64,000 bases of DNA. It comes from Bacillales bacterium. GTDB lineage: Bacteria; Bacillota; Bacilli; Bacillales_A; Planococcaceae. The stretch's first letter is position 1, and the number at the start of each line of letters is the position of its first letter. The notes under the pieces are model-generated. The model was not told where the DNA came from. It made no database searches and worked only from the letters and a program-made list of their open reading frames with translations. The translations under genes were made by a program, and so were the position numbers. Where the stretch lies: positions 22,373 to 86,372 of the forward strand of contig JBBSRA010000007.1 of NCBI GenBank assembly GCA_038243515.1, written 5' to 3'. Below, one piece after another: positions 28,407-38,349 of the stretch.

Positions 28407-31010
28407 TTAGTTGTGATCAATTGTTTTTCTGTTTTTCTTTTTGCGAAAAACTAGTGCAAAGCCAAAGAGCACAGACACTAGACTAACAGCTGCAGCAGGT
28501 TTGAAAAATGGTGGACGATAAGTGAGTAGAACGTCGTTGTCACCTGCAATTATTGGAATGGCCATAAAGGCGAAGTCAGCTCTCAAAACTTCTACTTTTT
28601 GTCCATTCACTTGTGCTTGCCAACCGCGTTCATAAGGAATAGCTAGCTTTAAAAACTCATCGTTTTGAGTATTTTCATAATCTAAACGAACACGACTGCC
28701 ATCAATGGATAAATTACTAGATGAATCAGGTTGAGCTGCTTGTTCACGCAAAGATTCGTAAGATGCAGAAAAAATATGAATATCAGTTATTTCATATGCT
28801 CCTTTTGGAAGACGTATTTCAATAAGCTCATCAGCTGGAATTCGAATCGTTAAGTCGTCTACAAATGTTTTGTAAATTGAGTCGTTGGATTTTCTTGTCG
28901 TTTGATAGTCGTTCACTTCGAGCAAGAATCCTTGGTCAGCGGCTGTCGACACTAGATGGAAAGAGACGAACAAATCACCACTAGATTTTGGTGGGTTTTG
29001 TAGGTCTAAGTTTAAGCCACCTCTTCTTTCAACAACATGTAATACATCTCCATTAAAGATAGCACCGCTTGAAGCGGTATCAAATTCCAGAATGTTTTCA
29101 TTTAACACAGGCAATGGATCCGTTTTTTGACTGTGATCTAGTACAACGCCCGTTATCATCGCTTGTTCACGCATCAATGGAGATAACGCTGCTAGTTGCT
29201 GCTCTTTGTACACGGTAGAAGTAGAGCGTGCAAATGGCAAGACATACTCGTTTTCATAGACGATATACTTTTCAGAAGAGTGGATTTCATTGAAACCATA
29301 TGGAATATTGGTATCTCCGCGCGCACGGATGACGTACTTGCCTTGTAACATACTATACAAGTTCGCTCGGTTACCAAGAGTTGCATAGCGACTAACACTT
29401 TCACGTCCCATATCAATTTCAAGATCATACAAATAAAAATACAGTAAGTTTTTATTTAAAATACTGGAATAGGCACTTAATCCTTGGAAATCTTGAACGA
29501 TAGGAGTATTGTTGCGCACACCTTCCATCCAGTCAATTCGGTAAGGACCGTCGTTTTCTTTTGCGTGAATATAATCGATTAACTTGTTGATTTCTGGATC
29601 ATCATACTCAACACCCGTTATCAAGTCTCTGCTAACTTGTGAGATATTTCCTTCATCAAGAATTTTTTCGATTTGATAAATATTGGTTAAAAACAAAGCC
29701 CATACCAATAGAGATGTCATTAACAACCATTTAACAAGATTTTTCTTGAAATATGTGTATAGAAATAGTAGCAATAATGTAATGACAAGAGCACTAATCG
29801 AAAGTGTTGAAAACAAAGAGTCTATTTCGAAATACTCGTCTTTTCGCGCATAATAAACAAAGCTCAAAATCGTAAGTATGGCCGGGGGTAAAAAACGCCA
29901 TAATGTGAATTTGTGCAATTGATCAAATGCCACGGCAACAGCACCACCCATGACTAACGAGATAAAATATTCCCACCGGTATTGTGGAGCAGAAAATCCG
30001 TTAAAAGCACTGCCGATTATCGGGCTGTTGTGCATAATTACAGCGATAATTCCAAGAAGTGCAAACAAGCGGAATGTTTTATGACTGTAAAGAAACCAGC
30101 AAAACAACAAGAACACGAAAAATGCAGGCAAGATGATAATGGTGTTATTGTACAAAATATTATCTGTTGTTTCATTAAACCAAGGGATTTGTTGTTCGAA
30201 TTCAGGCCTGTGGTTGTTTAAATAAGCATAGACAGCAGGTACAAAAGAAACTGCGCTAATCCCTGCGCCAATCAATCCAGCGACCAAAAAACTCATGATG
30301 CTTTTCTTTTTTTCTTGTTCGTTCTCAGTAAGTGGAATAAACAGACGGAACAGAATGTATAGAGCGGTCAACATAAAATTAATATAAGCAAAGTAGAAAT
30401 TATCGATCATGGAAATTGCAACGGCGACTAAAAACCAGCCTAGTTTCTGTTCGCGGAAAATTTTCTCCACGCCAAACAGTAAAATTGGTAACCATAAAAA
30501 AGAATCCGCGAAAAATTCCCAATATGTTACGTGACGGAAATACATACCTGAAAGCCCATAAAGAGAAGCGCCTAATAACGCTGCAGGTTTTGAAATTTTT
30601 ATATACATAAAGAAACGAGTTGTGATAAATAAGATAGCTGCTAAACGGATGATACTAATGAAAACAGCTGCATTGGCCCAAAACAAGACATCGGTTGTCT
30701 GAATAATGCGAAGTGCCTGCAACAAGGAAATGATTATTACTGAAACTAAAAACACGATTGACGTAGAAAAATAATAAGAAAGTTCGCTAAAAGTGCCGGC
30801 CCCTAAGCCGAAATCAAACGAATAGAAAAACTCTCCTTGCGTATATTGTTTATACAACAGATCTTTAAAAGGCATCATTTGAGAAAGTCCATCATTAATT
30901 CCTACCATGAAATGTCCACTTGACCATTGGGAGAGAAAAACGGCGTGTCCAATTGTTGACAGCAATAGAGTTAGTAACGAGAGAAGAACAATAGGTCGCA
31001 GCTTGCGCAT
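28407..31010 (-). CDS. yfhO: YfhO family membrane glycosyltransferase (GT-C)
   Basis: DGLSQMMPF, GLGAG, SAPQYRW, GLSAYSSI and IPYERGWQA motifs; ~870 aa polytopic protein. Confidence 0.88.
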   Translation of the reverse strand: MRKLRPIVLLSLLTLLLSTIGHAVFLSQWSSGHFMVGINDGLSQMMPFKDLLYKQYTQGEFFYSFDFGLGAGTFSELSYYFSTSIVFLVSVIIISLLQALRIIQTTDVLFWANAAVFISIIRLAAILFITTRFFMYIKISKPAALLGASLYGLSGMYFRHVTYWEFFADSFLWLPILLFGVEKIFREQKLGWFLVAVAISMIDNFYFAYINFMLTALYILFRLFIPLTENEQEKKKSIMSFLVAGLIGAGISAVSFVPAVYAYLNNHRPEFEQQIPWFNETTDNILYNNTIIILPAFFVFLLFCWFLYSHKTFRLFALLGIIAVIMHNSPIIGSAFNGFSAPQYRWEYFISLVMGGAVAVAFDQLHKFTLWRFLPPAILTILSFVYYARKDEYFEIDSLFSTLSISALVITLLLLFLYTYFKKNLVKWLLMTSLLVWALFLTNIYQIEKILDEGNISQVSRDLITGVEYDDPEINKLIDYIHAKENDGPYRIDWMEGVRNNTPIVQDFQGLSAYSSILNKNLLYFYLYDLEIDMGRESVSRYATLGNRANLYSMLQGKYVIRARGDTNIPYGFNEIHSSEKYIVYENEYVLPFARSTSTVYKEQQLAALSPLMREQAMITGVVLDHSQKTDPLPVLNENILEFDTASSGAIFNGDVLHVVERRGGLNLDLQNPPKSSGDLFVSFHLVSTAADQGFLLEVNDYQTTRKSNDSIYKTFVDDLTIRIPADELIEIRLPKGAYEITDIHIFSASYESLREQAAQPDSSSNLSIDGSRVRLDYENTQNDEFLKLAIPYERGWQAQVNGQKVEVLRADFAFMAIPIIAGDNDVLLTYRPPFFKPAAAVSLVSVLFGFALVFRKKKNRKTIDHN

Positions 31011-31029
31011 AGTGTCACCGTCTTTTTTC

Positions 31030-31425
31030 TTATTTTGAAGAAGGCGCATCTTTAAGAATTTTACTCGATACGACGAAAGTTATCGGAACTGTAAATAATA
31101 CCGCAGCAAAAGGTGCAATATTGCTATTGAGGTTTAAAAATTCAACAAAAACAAAGATAAGCACGGTTGAAACAGACATATTCACCACTTGTGTTAATGG
31201 AAAGTACAAATATTTTTTAAGTGTTGGCTTGATACGATACGTTACGTAACAGTTTAAGAAGAAAGAGATATTCAGACTGATCAAAAAGCCAATAATATGT
31301 GCTAACAAATAAGGCAAATTGAATAAGTTGTGTAGTACTAAGTAAATCGAATAATAACTCAAGGTATTAATGACACCGACAAAAACAAAACGAGTAAATT
31401 CTGTATTTAACGATTTAAGATTCAT
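31030..31425 (-). CDS. GtrA family flippase-like protein
   Basis: EFTRFVFVGVINT and four TM helices. Start (31425 or 31434) overlaps the csbB stop. Confidence 0.88.
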   Translation of the reverse strand: MNLKSLNTEFTRFVFVGVINTLSYYSIYLVLHNLFNLPYLLAHIIGFLISLNISFFLNCYVTYRIKPTLKKYLYFPLTQVVNMSVSTVLIFVFVEFLNLNSNIAPFAAVLFTVPITFVVSSKILKDAPSSK

Positions 31426-32353
31426 GGTATTCATCCGCGTTACTGACATCTACAAGGAAATGAGGTCGCTGTTTTGTTTCATTGTAAATTCTGCCGATAT
31501 ATTCACCAATAACGCCAAGGCTGATTAATTGAATGCCACCGAGTAAAAGAATTGCGGTAATTGTCGTAAAGTAACCGGGAGCTCCGATACCTTCTGTCAT
31601 AATACTGTAGAACGTAACCAAAATATAAATGAGCGATAAAAATAGCACGAGAAACCCTGTATAAAAACAAACGCGTAAAGGTTTCATATTAAATGAAATG
31701 ATGCCATCAATACCATAATTGACAAGATTACTAAACGACCATTTGGAATCACCATCTACGCGCTGAACGTTTTCGTAGTTAATAGTCTTTTTGCTTAGAC
31801 CAATCCACGAAAACAATCCTTTTGAAAAACGATTGCTTTCACTTAATGTAAGAATCGCATCAATGGCTTTACGACTCAGCAGTCGAAAGTCTCCTTCACC
31901 ATCTTGTAAATCGACATCTGTAATTGAGTTGATAATCTTGTAGTACAAGGAAGAGAAAAGAGAACGCACTTTAGAATCTCCAGTACGTGAGCGCTTGGCT
32001 ACTACTTGGTTAAAGCCATCTTCATAACCTTGTATCATTTCTCTAATGAGAGTAGCTGGGTGTTGCAAGTCGCTATCCATCACAATGGCTGCGTCTCCTT
32101 GGATTCGTTTTAATCCTGCGAGCATTGCTGACTCTTTTCCGAAATTACGTGTAAGCGAAATATATTTTAAGTTATCATGTACTTCAGCTAATTTTAAAAT
32201 TTCTTGTAACGTATTATCACTACTACCATCATTGATGAACATAATCTCATAACGATATGGAAGCGACTCAAGTTCCTTCGCCAATTTATTGTACATTGCT
32301 GCAATATTGGCTTCTTCATTAAAAGCCGGAACAACGATCGAGATAAGCTTCAT
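31415..32353 (-). CDS. csbB: GT2 undecaprenyl-phosphate glycosyltransferase (CsbB/GtrB-like)
   Basis: IVVPAFNEE, NDGSSD, LTRNFGKESA, MDSDLQHP, IGEYIGRIY and two C-terminal TM helices. Confidence 0.88.
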   Translation of the reverse strand: MKLISIVVPAFNEEANIAAMYNKLAKELESLPYRYEIMFINDGSSDNTLQEILKLAEVHDNLKYISLTRNFGKESAMLAGLKRIQGDAAIVMDSDLQHPATLIREMIQGYEDGFNQVVAKRSRTGDSKVRSLFSSLYYKIINSITDVDLQDGEGDFRLLSRKAIDAILTLSESNRFSKGLFSWIGLSKKTINYENVQRVDGDSKWSFSNLVNYGIDGIISFNMKPLRVCFYTGFLVLFLSLIYILVTFYSIMTEGIGAPGYFTTITAILLLGGIQLISLGVIGEYIGRIYNETKQRPHFLVDVSNADEYHES

Positions 32354-32401
32354 GTGTATTCCCCTCTCCAATTGCTACTAAAAATCCTTCATTAGCTCAC
32401 A

Positions 32402-32427
32402 TTACCCGTGATATTTAAGAAGTAAGC
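32402..32427 (-). promoter_or_regulatory. Possible sigma-B promoter for csbB-gtrA-yfhO
   Basis: GCTTAC-N14-GGGTAA on the minus strand; the -35 element is imperfect. Confidence 0.45.
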
Positions 32428-32436
32428 CTCGGAAAA

Positions 32437-32462
32437 TGAAACTTCCTAGCTTTAGATACGTA
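32437..32462 (+). promoter_or_regulatory. ECF sigma (sigma-W/M/X-type) promoter for the ter/yce operon
   Basis: TGAAAC-N16-CGTA, an exact sigma-W-type consensus, ~180 nt upstream of the first terD. Confidence 0.75.
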
Positions 32463-32644
32463 TAAGTATACGTCAGGTATTTTCAGAAATCATTTGTCTG
32501 AACATTCAGCGCGTTATCAAGAGTTTTCAAAACACATAGCTCCTGAATTTTCATGTTTCTGAATAGACGTTATCCGTTGAATTTTACTTGTTAGACCGAT
32601 ACCATTAAAATAGAATACATACTGATGAATGGAGAGTGTTAGGA

Positions 32645-33259
32645 ATGGCGATTAATCTTGTAAAAGGTCAGAAAATCGATTTAACAAAAGGACGTTCATC
32701 TCTTTCGAGCATTATGGTTGGCTTAGGCTGGGATCCAGTTGCAACCAAAAAAAGTGGAGGTTTCCTAAGTGGTTTATTAGGCGGTGGAGGCGGCGGAGCT
32801 GACATTGACTGTGACGCATCTGTCTTGCTACTTGATGAAAACGGGAAATTAACAGCAAAAGAAAATTTAATTTACTTTGGTAACAAAAAAAGTAAAGACG
32901 GCAGCGTTGTTCACTCGGGCGATAACTTGACTGGCGAAGGTGACGGCGACGATGAAATGATCAATATCGACTTAAAGCGTATTTCCCCATCAATTCATCG
33001 TTTGGTCTTTGTTGTGAATATTTACAACGCTCAGAAAAAGAAGCAAGATTTCGGTATGATTGAAAACGCATTTATTCGCTTGGTTGATAATCAGTCGAAA
33101 GAAGAGTTAGTTCACTACAACCTTACAGAAAATTATGCTGGCAAAATGTCGTTAATTACAGGTGAACTTTACCGTCAAGATTCTGAATGGAAGTTTTCTG
33201 CTATCGGCGAAGGCGCATCAGAACCTGATATCGGATCAATTGCAAACAAATATTCTTAA
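32645..33259 (+). CDS. terD: TerD-family stress protein (YceC/TerZ-like)
   Basis: [32 protein letters not shown] and GELYRQDSEWKF motifs. Confidence 0.93.
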   Translation: MAINLVKGQKIDLTKGRSSLSSIMVGLGWDPVATKKSGGFLSGLLGGGGGGADIDCDASVLLLDENGKLTAKENLIYFGNKKSKDGSVVHSGDNLTGEGDGDDEMINIDLKRISPSIHRLVFVVNIYNAQKKKQDFGMIENAFIRLVDNQSKEELVHYNLTENYAGKMSLITGELYRQDSEWKFSAIGEGASEPDIGSIANKYS

Positions 33260-33272
33260 GGAGTGTTGAATA

Positions 33273-33851
33273 ATGGCAATTAACTTATCAAAAGGTCAAA
33301 AAGTAGATTTAACAAAAAGTAATCCTGGTTTATCAAAAGTGGTTGTTGGTTTAGGTTGGGATACAAATAAATATGATGGTGGACAAGATTTCGATTTAGA
33401 CTCGTCGGTCTTCCTTTTGAATAGTGAAGGCAAAACAGCTTCAGAAGCTGATTTTATCTTCTATAACAATACAACAGGTGCTGCTGGTGCAGTTGAACAT
33501 ACAGGCGACAACAAAACAGGCGAAGGTGATGGAGATGACGAGCAAGTAAACGTTAACTTATCTGCTATTCCAGCATCTATCGAAAAAGCAACTTTTGCTA
33601 TTACGATTCACGATGCAGAAGCACGCGGTCAAAACTTTGGCCAAGTAAGCAATTCATATGTACGTATCGTTAATGGAGATACTAACGAAGAGTTGATACG
33701 CTATGATTTAGGTGAAGATTTTTCAATTGAAACTGCAGTTGTTGTCGGTGAACTTTACCGTCACGGAGGAGAATGGAAATTTAACGCCATTGGCAGCGGT
33801 TATCAAGGCGGCTTAGAGTCTCTTGTAAAGGACTTTGGCTTAAACAGCTGA
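33273..33851 (+). CDS. terD: TerD-family stress protein (YceD-like)
   Basis: [25 protein letters not shown] and [11 protein letters not shown] motifs. Confidence 0.95.
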   Translation: MAINLSKGQKVDLTKSNPGLSKVVVGLGWDTNKYDGGQDFDLDSSVFLLNSEGKTASEADFIFYNNTTGAAGAVEHTGDNKTGEGDGDDEQVNVNLSAIPASIEKATFAITIHDAEARGQNFGQVSNSYVRIVNGDTNEELIRYDLGEDFSIETAVVVGELYRHGGEWKFNAIGSGYQGGLESLVKDFGLNS

Positions 33852-33862
33852 GTAAACGATGG

Positions 33863-33891
33863 AAAAGCAAGGAGACTGTCTCCTTGCTTTT
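33863..33891 (+). terminator. Internal terminator between the terD pair and the enzyme module
   Basis: Perfect AAAAGCAAGGAGAC-t-GTCTCCTTGCTTTT. Confidence 0.8.
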
Positions 33892-33958
33892 TGTCCATTC
33901 ATATCTAAAACCATAATTCAGACCAGCTGTTACGGCAGCGTGCCGGGAGGAGTCACGT

Positions 33959-35104
33959 ATGAAGCATTTTAACGGATTAACCGATTCTGATTTAAAAACT
34001 TTTTTTAAATATTCCCCGGCAGAATTTAACCGTGATACAGAACGGGAAATCTTAAGCTTAGCTTTGGGAGCAGCACTGTATACTCCCGGATCTAGAGCTG
34101 ATTTCGCACAAAAAATTTTAAACGGTGAATACAGTAGCGGTGCATTTGCCGGCTTAACAACATTGATTGTTTGCTTAGAAGATGCTGTGGCTGACACAGA
34201 ACTGAAGAAAGCCGAAGAAAATACTGTAGGCGAGTTTAAAAAACTAGCAGAGGTTGGTGCAGAACAATTGGCAGCAGGGCCTGCGTTATTTTTACGAATC
34301 CGCACACCTGAACAATTGGATCAATTGATCGAAAATATTGGAGCGGCATTAAATGTTTTAACCGGAATCGTTTTTCCGAAATGTTCACCAGCTACTTTGC
34401 CTTCATTTTTTGAAGCACTCGATCGCGCTAGTAAAGTAGCCGGCAGAAAGCTTTACGCATTGCCGTTACTTGAAACAAAAGAAGTGCTGTACAGTGAATC
34501 TCGGGAAAAAACCTTATCAGATTTATACGAGATTATAAAGTCGCAAGCAGAACGAGTTTTAACAGTGCGCGTAGGAGCAACTGATTTTTCCAGCCTTTAC
34601 GGTTTGCGGCGTCCTGCAGATCGAACAATTTATGATGTTCATATTATTCGAGACTGTTTAATCGCGATACTGAACCGCTTTGGTCGTTCAGAAGATGGCT
34701 TTACGGTTTCTGGTCCTGTCTATGAACATTTTTCTAGTGGAGAGCAACTTTGGTTATCGTCAAAGCCTGAAAGAACGCTTTGGGAAGAAGTGCAATTGGA
34801 TATTTTGAATGGTTTTAAAGGGAAAACGTGTATTCATCCGTCACAGATTTCAATTGTCAACACGAGTCACATCGTGTCACTTGAAGCGTACGAAGACGCT
34901 AAATTGATTCTTGAAGAAAGCGGCAAACGCAACGGTGTTTTGAAAAGTCTCAAACGCAATAAAATGAACGAAGTAAAACCGCATTTGAGCTGGGCAAAAA
35001 AAGTGCTTGCTCAAGCAGAAGTTTATGGGGTGCTGAATGAAAACTATCAACCAATCGACGTCCTCAATCATATCCGGGCGAACCAATTATCAAATCAACA
35101 CTAA
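33959..35104 (+). CDS. HpcH/HpaI aldolase / citrate-lyase-like TIM barrel (ter-associated type)
   Basis: LGAALYTP, CLEDAV, VFPK, PLLET, RVGATDF, SGPVYEHF, GKTCIHPSQ and MNEVKPH motifs. Confidence 0.85.
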   Translation: MKHFNGLTDSDLKTFFKYSPAEFNRDTEREILSLALGAALYTPGSRADFAQKILNGEYSSGAFAGLTTLIVCLEDAVADTELKKAEENTVGEFKKLAEVGAEQLAAGPALFLRIRTPEQLDQLIENIGAALNVLTGIVFPKCSPATLPSFFEALDRASKVAGRKLYALPLLETKEVLYSESREKTLSDLYEIIKSQAERVLTVRVGATDFSSLYGLRRPADRTIYDVHIIRDCLIAILNRFGRSEDGFTVSGPVYEHFSSGEQLWLSSKPERTLWEEVQLDILNGFKGKTCIHPSQISIVNTSHIVSLEAYEDAKLILEESGKRNGVLKSLKRNKMNEVKPHLSWAKKVLAQAEVYGVLNENYQPIDVLNHIRANQLSNQH

Positions 35105-36407
35105 GTTATGGGATAATTTAACGATCAATATCGCGGTAACAGATGCGTATCCTGGACTTTCACCAGAATCACTTTTTTCTGTGGCTTTACGCGTGAATAA
35201 GAAGCGTCAATTTTTATTTGTCAGTAAATTGATTGCTAAACACCTAGCGGTGGATCCGTCTTTAGCTCTTGGTACAGGAACATTGTTAGCTTCTTTGCTA
35301 ATGGAAAGAGCAGGTCTAGAAGGATATCCTGATGCAAAATCACTTGTAGAAATGATTGAAACTGGCAAAGCGAATCGTGAACTCAGCTTGCAATCGCTCA
35401 GATTCAAAAAAACGATGCCTCAAAAAACAGTTTTCATTGGAATGGCGGAAACTGCGACGGGCCTTGGTCATTCGGTTTTCCAGCATTTTGAAGGAGCTGC
35501 TTATATTCATACAACACGTGAAGAAATTGTTGGCATGACCCCATCTTTTGTCTTTGAAGAAGAACATTCCCACGCAACTTCCCATAAAGTATATGCGCCT
35601 CCTGGAATGCTTGAAAGAGCAGAGACCATTGTTCTGATTGACGATGAAATCTCGACAGGCAATACTTTGCTGAATCTGGTTTGTGCATTGGATGATCAAT
35701 TTCCTGGGAAAAGCTATGCTTCTCTGTCCATTCTTGATTGGCGAAACGATGGTCAAAAAGAAAAAATAGAAAATATGGTAAATGATCGTGGTATCCGTTT
35801 AAAAATCTTGTCGCTTATGTCTGGTCAGTTTGAATTGGTTCACAGTAAAATGCCTGAAGAACTTGAAAAGAGCCCATTAAGTAGTACTGGTGAAAAAGTT
35901 CCAGCTATTGAAATGAATAATAATAAATTAACGGTTGCTTCAAAAACAGGACAGCAATATATTGCCTATACAGGTCGTTTTGGTATTACCAGTAAAGAAC
36001 AAGATGAAATTACGAGATGGACACAACAAGCAACAGCGCCCTTTGCGAATAGAAAAGATAAAGCATTAGTCATTGGAGTGGGCGAAAATATTTACTTGCC
36101 CCTACGCTTTGCACTGGCGTTAGGAGGAAATCCGCTCGTACAAACGACGACACGCAGTCCCATTTTTGCATCTCAAACCTTAGACTATCCGATACAAGAA
36201 AAAGCAACATTTAACTTACCGGATGCTGAAAAAATCAATCAATTTATTTATAACTTGAATGCATTAGATGTCGATTGTATCTACTTATTAGCTGAATCGG
36301 TCGTTGAGAAATCCGAATGGCAACCTTTACTTGCCTATTTAGAGAATAAGGCGCCAGTAGAATGGATATCCTTTACAACTAGTAAAAGGAGTGAAGAAAT
36401 CGAATGA
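35037..36407 (+). CDS. Ter-associated phosphoribosyltransferase with C-terminal TRSP domain
   Basis: KRQFLFVSKLIAKH, FIGMAETATGLG, EEHSHAT, LIDDEISTGNT and TTTRSPI motifs. Overlaps the upstream gene by 68 nt. Confidence 0.85.
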   Translation: MKTINQSTSSIISGRTNYQINTKLWDNLTINIAVTDAYPGLSPESLFSVALRVNKKRQFLFVSKLIAKHLAVDPSLALGTGTLLASLLMERAGLEGYPDAKSLVEMIETGKANRELSLQSLRFKKTMPQKTVFIGMAETATGLGHSVFQHFEGAAYIHTTREEIVGMTPSFVFEEEHSHATSHKVYAPPGMLERAETIVLIDDEISTGNTLLNLVCALDDQFPGKSYASLSILDWRNDGQKEKIENMVNDRGIRLKILSLMSGQFELVHSKMPEELEKSPLSSTGEKVPAIEMNNNKLTVASKTGQQYIAYTGRFGITSKEQDEITRWTQQATAPFANRKDKALVIGVGENIYLPLRFALALGGNPLVQTTTRSPIFASQTLDYPIQEKATFNLPDAEKINQFIYNLNALDVDCIYLLAESVVEKSEWQPLLAYLENKAPVEWISFTTSKRSEEIE

Positions 36408-37513
36408 TAGCTACCGGTTTAGTAAAAACGAGTTATCCAAAAGAAGACATCACTTTCCTATTAAAAGACGTAAGCGAAGTGTTTACCGAAAGTACATTAG
36501 AAGAACGAGAAAAAGCGGTTCAAACAGGTTCTCATTATGCAGAACGGTTGCCGATGGAATATCAACCTTCTGATGAATACACCAAGCTTTATCACGAAAC
36601 GGTACTAAAAACAAAAGAACAATTGGGTTATTTAGTTGGTCTCGTAACACGTCGCATTTTCATGAATGCTGGAACTGATGATATTGTTCTTGTATCTTTA
36701 GCACGCGCGGGCAGCCCAATCGGTATCTTAATTCATCGTTATGCTAAACAAATGATGAAGATGAAATGGCCACATTATAGTGTTTCTATTTTGCGTGATA
36801 AAGGAATTGATGAGAAAGCAATCGATTCGATTCGTGCCGCACACCCAACAAGCCGCATCCAATTTGTAGATGGATGGACTGGAAAAGGGGCTATTCAAAA
36901 AGAATTGACGAAAGCGGTAAATCACCTTAACCAAGAAAAAAACTTGGATCTTTATGATGATATGGCAGTACTTGCTGATCCGGGTGCATGCGCGGTATTA
37001 TTCGGGACACGGGAAGACTTTCTAATTCCAAGTGCGTGTTTGAACGCGACGGTATCAGGACTCGTGAGTCGTACCATTCTTAACAAGTTGTATATCGGTG
37101 AAGACGATTTCCACGGTGCGAAATTTTACGGAGAACTGCTAGAAGAAGACCTATCAAATGATTTTGTTGATCAAATTACAGAATGCTTCGAGGCTACTCG
37201 TGATAAAGTTAAAGCAGATGCTGTTTCGACACCTGTAACAGCGGAAAGAACATGGCAAGGGATGAAAGAAGTCGAAGAAATCGGTCATCAAATGTATAGT
37301 GAAACGGATTATCATTTGATCAAACCAGGAGTTGGCGAGACGACACGCGTTTTGCTTCGCAGGAGCCCGTGGAAAGTTCTTGTAAATAGTTTGGATAACC
37401 CAGACGTTCATCATATTTTGATGTTAGCAAAAGAAAAAAAGGTACCGGTAGAAGTTGTTCCTGACTTGTTTTATCGTGCAATTGGCTTGATCCGTTCAGG
37501 TAACGAAATATGA
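36404..37513 (+). CDS. StiP-family protein (PRTase-like domain + Pelota/L7Ae-like C-terminus; annotated cysteine protease StiP)
   Basis: SYPKEDITFLLK, HYAERLP, LVSLARAG, FVDGWTGKG, DFLIPSACLN and IKPGVGETTR motifs. Confidence 0.85.
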   Translation: MIATGLVKTSYPKEDITFLLKDVSEVFTESTLEEREKAVQTGSHYAERLPMEYQPSDEYTKLYHETVLKTKEQLGYLVGLVTRRIFMNAGTDDIVLVSLARAGSPIGILIHRYAKQMMKMKWPHYSVSILRDKGIDEKAIDSIRAAHPTSRIQFVDGWTGKGAIQKELTKAVNHLNQEKNLDLYDDMAVLADPGACAVLFGTREDFLIPSACLNATVSGLVSRTILNKLYIGEDDFHGAKFYGELLEEDLSNDFVDQITECFEATRDKVKADAVSTPVTAERTWQGMKEVEEIGHQMYSETDYHLIKPGVGETTRVLLRRSPWKVLVNSLDNPDVHHILMLAKEKKVPVEVVPDLFYRAIGLIRSGNEI

Positions 37514-38325
37514 AGGTCCTGTTTGCTAGTGATTTAGATCAAACGTTAATTTATTCTCGCAATTCGATGGGCATGGACGTGACTGAAGACGAACTAGTGG
37601 AAGTAGAACGTTATGAAGGTAAGCCTTTGTCGTTTATGACGAAAACGAGTCAATCTGCGCTATGGAATATTGCCGATTCTGCTTTTTTTCTTCCAGTAAC
37701 TACTCGCACAAAAGCGCAATATGAGCGGATAACGGGTATTTTTGGAGGGCAAAAACCTCCTCATTTTGCTGTGATTTCTAACGGTGCAGTTATTTTAGAA
37801 AATGGCCAGCCTATCGAGGCATGGTCCGAACAAATTCGTCAGCAGTGCATCGATCGCAAAACGATTATTGAGGAGTTGCTGCCAGAAATTGAACGACATT
37901 TTTCTGAAGACTGGGTACTAAAAGTCAGAAAAGCAGATGATTGGTTTGTTTATTTGATTATCGACCGAGCACGTTTTCCAGAAGACAAGCTGGATTTTTA
38001 CAACAAAACGTTTAATAAACTTGGATGGGGACTATCGCTACAAGGCAGGAAGCTGTATTTCATGCCTGAAAGTATTACTAAAGCAGGCGCAATGGAGTAT
38101 GTTAAAGAACGTCTAGGCGCTAGCTATGTCGTTGCTGCTGGAGATTCGTTATTAGACCTCGATTTATTGGAAAGTGCTGATTACAGCATGCTTGCAGCTC
38201 ACGGAGAAGCCGCGAAGAGTGCAATTCCAATTTCCGAGCATATTCACCACACAAATCACCATGGCATTAAGACCGGAGAAGAAATTTTAGCTCGTGTAGC
38301 GGAAATTTCAATGCAGCGTCAGTAA
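37510..38325 (+). CDS. HAD-family hydrolase (ter-associated)
   Basis: SDLDQTLIYS, PVTTR, NGAVI, QGRKLY and AGDSLLD motifs. Confidence 0.88.
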   Translation: MKVLFASDLDQTLIYSRNSMGMDVTEDELVEVERYEGKPLSFMTKTSQSALWNIADSAFFLPVTTRTKAQYERITGIFGGQKPPHFAVISNGAVILENGQPIEAWSEQIRQQCIDRKTIIEELLPEIERHFSEDWVLKVRKADDWFVYLIIDRARFPEDKLDFYNKTFNKLGWGLSLQGRKLYFMPESITKAGAMEYVKERLGASYVVAAGDSLLDLDLLESADYSMLAAHGEAAKSAIPISEHIHHTNHHGIKTGEEILARVAEISMQRQ

Positions 38326-38349
38326 GCAACAAAGCAAGGAGAGATTCCG

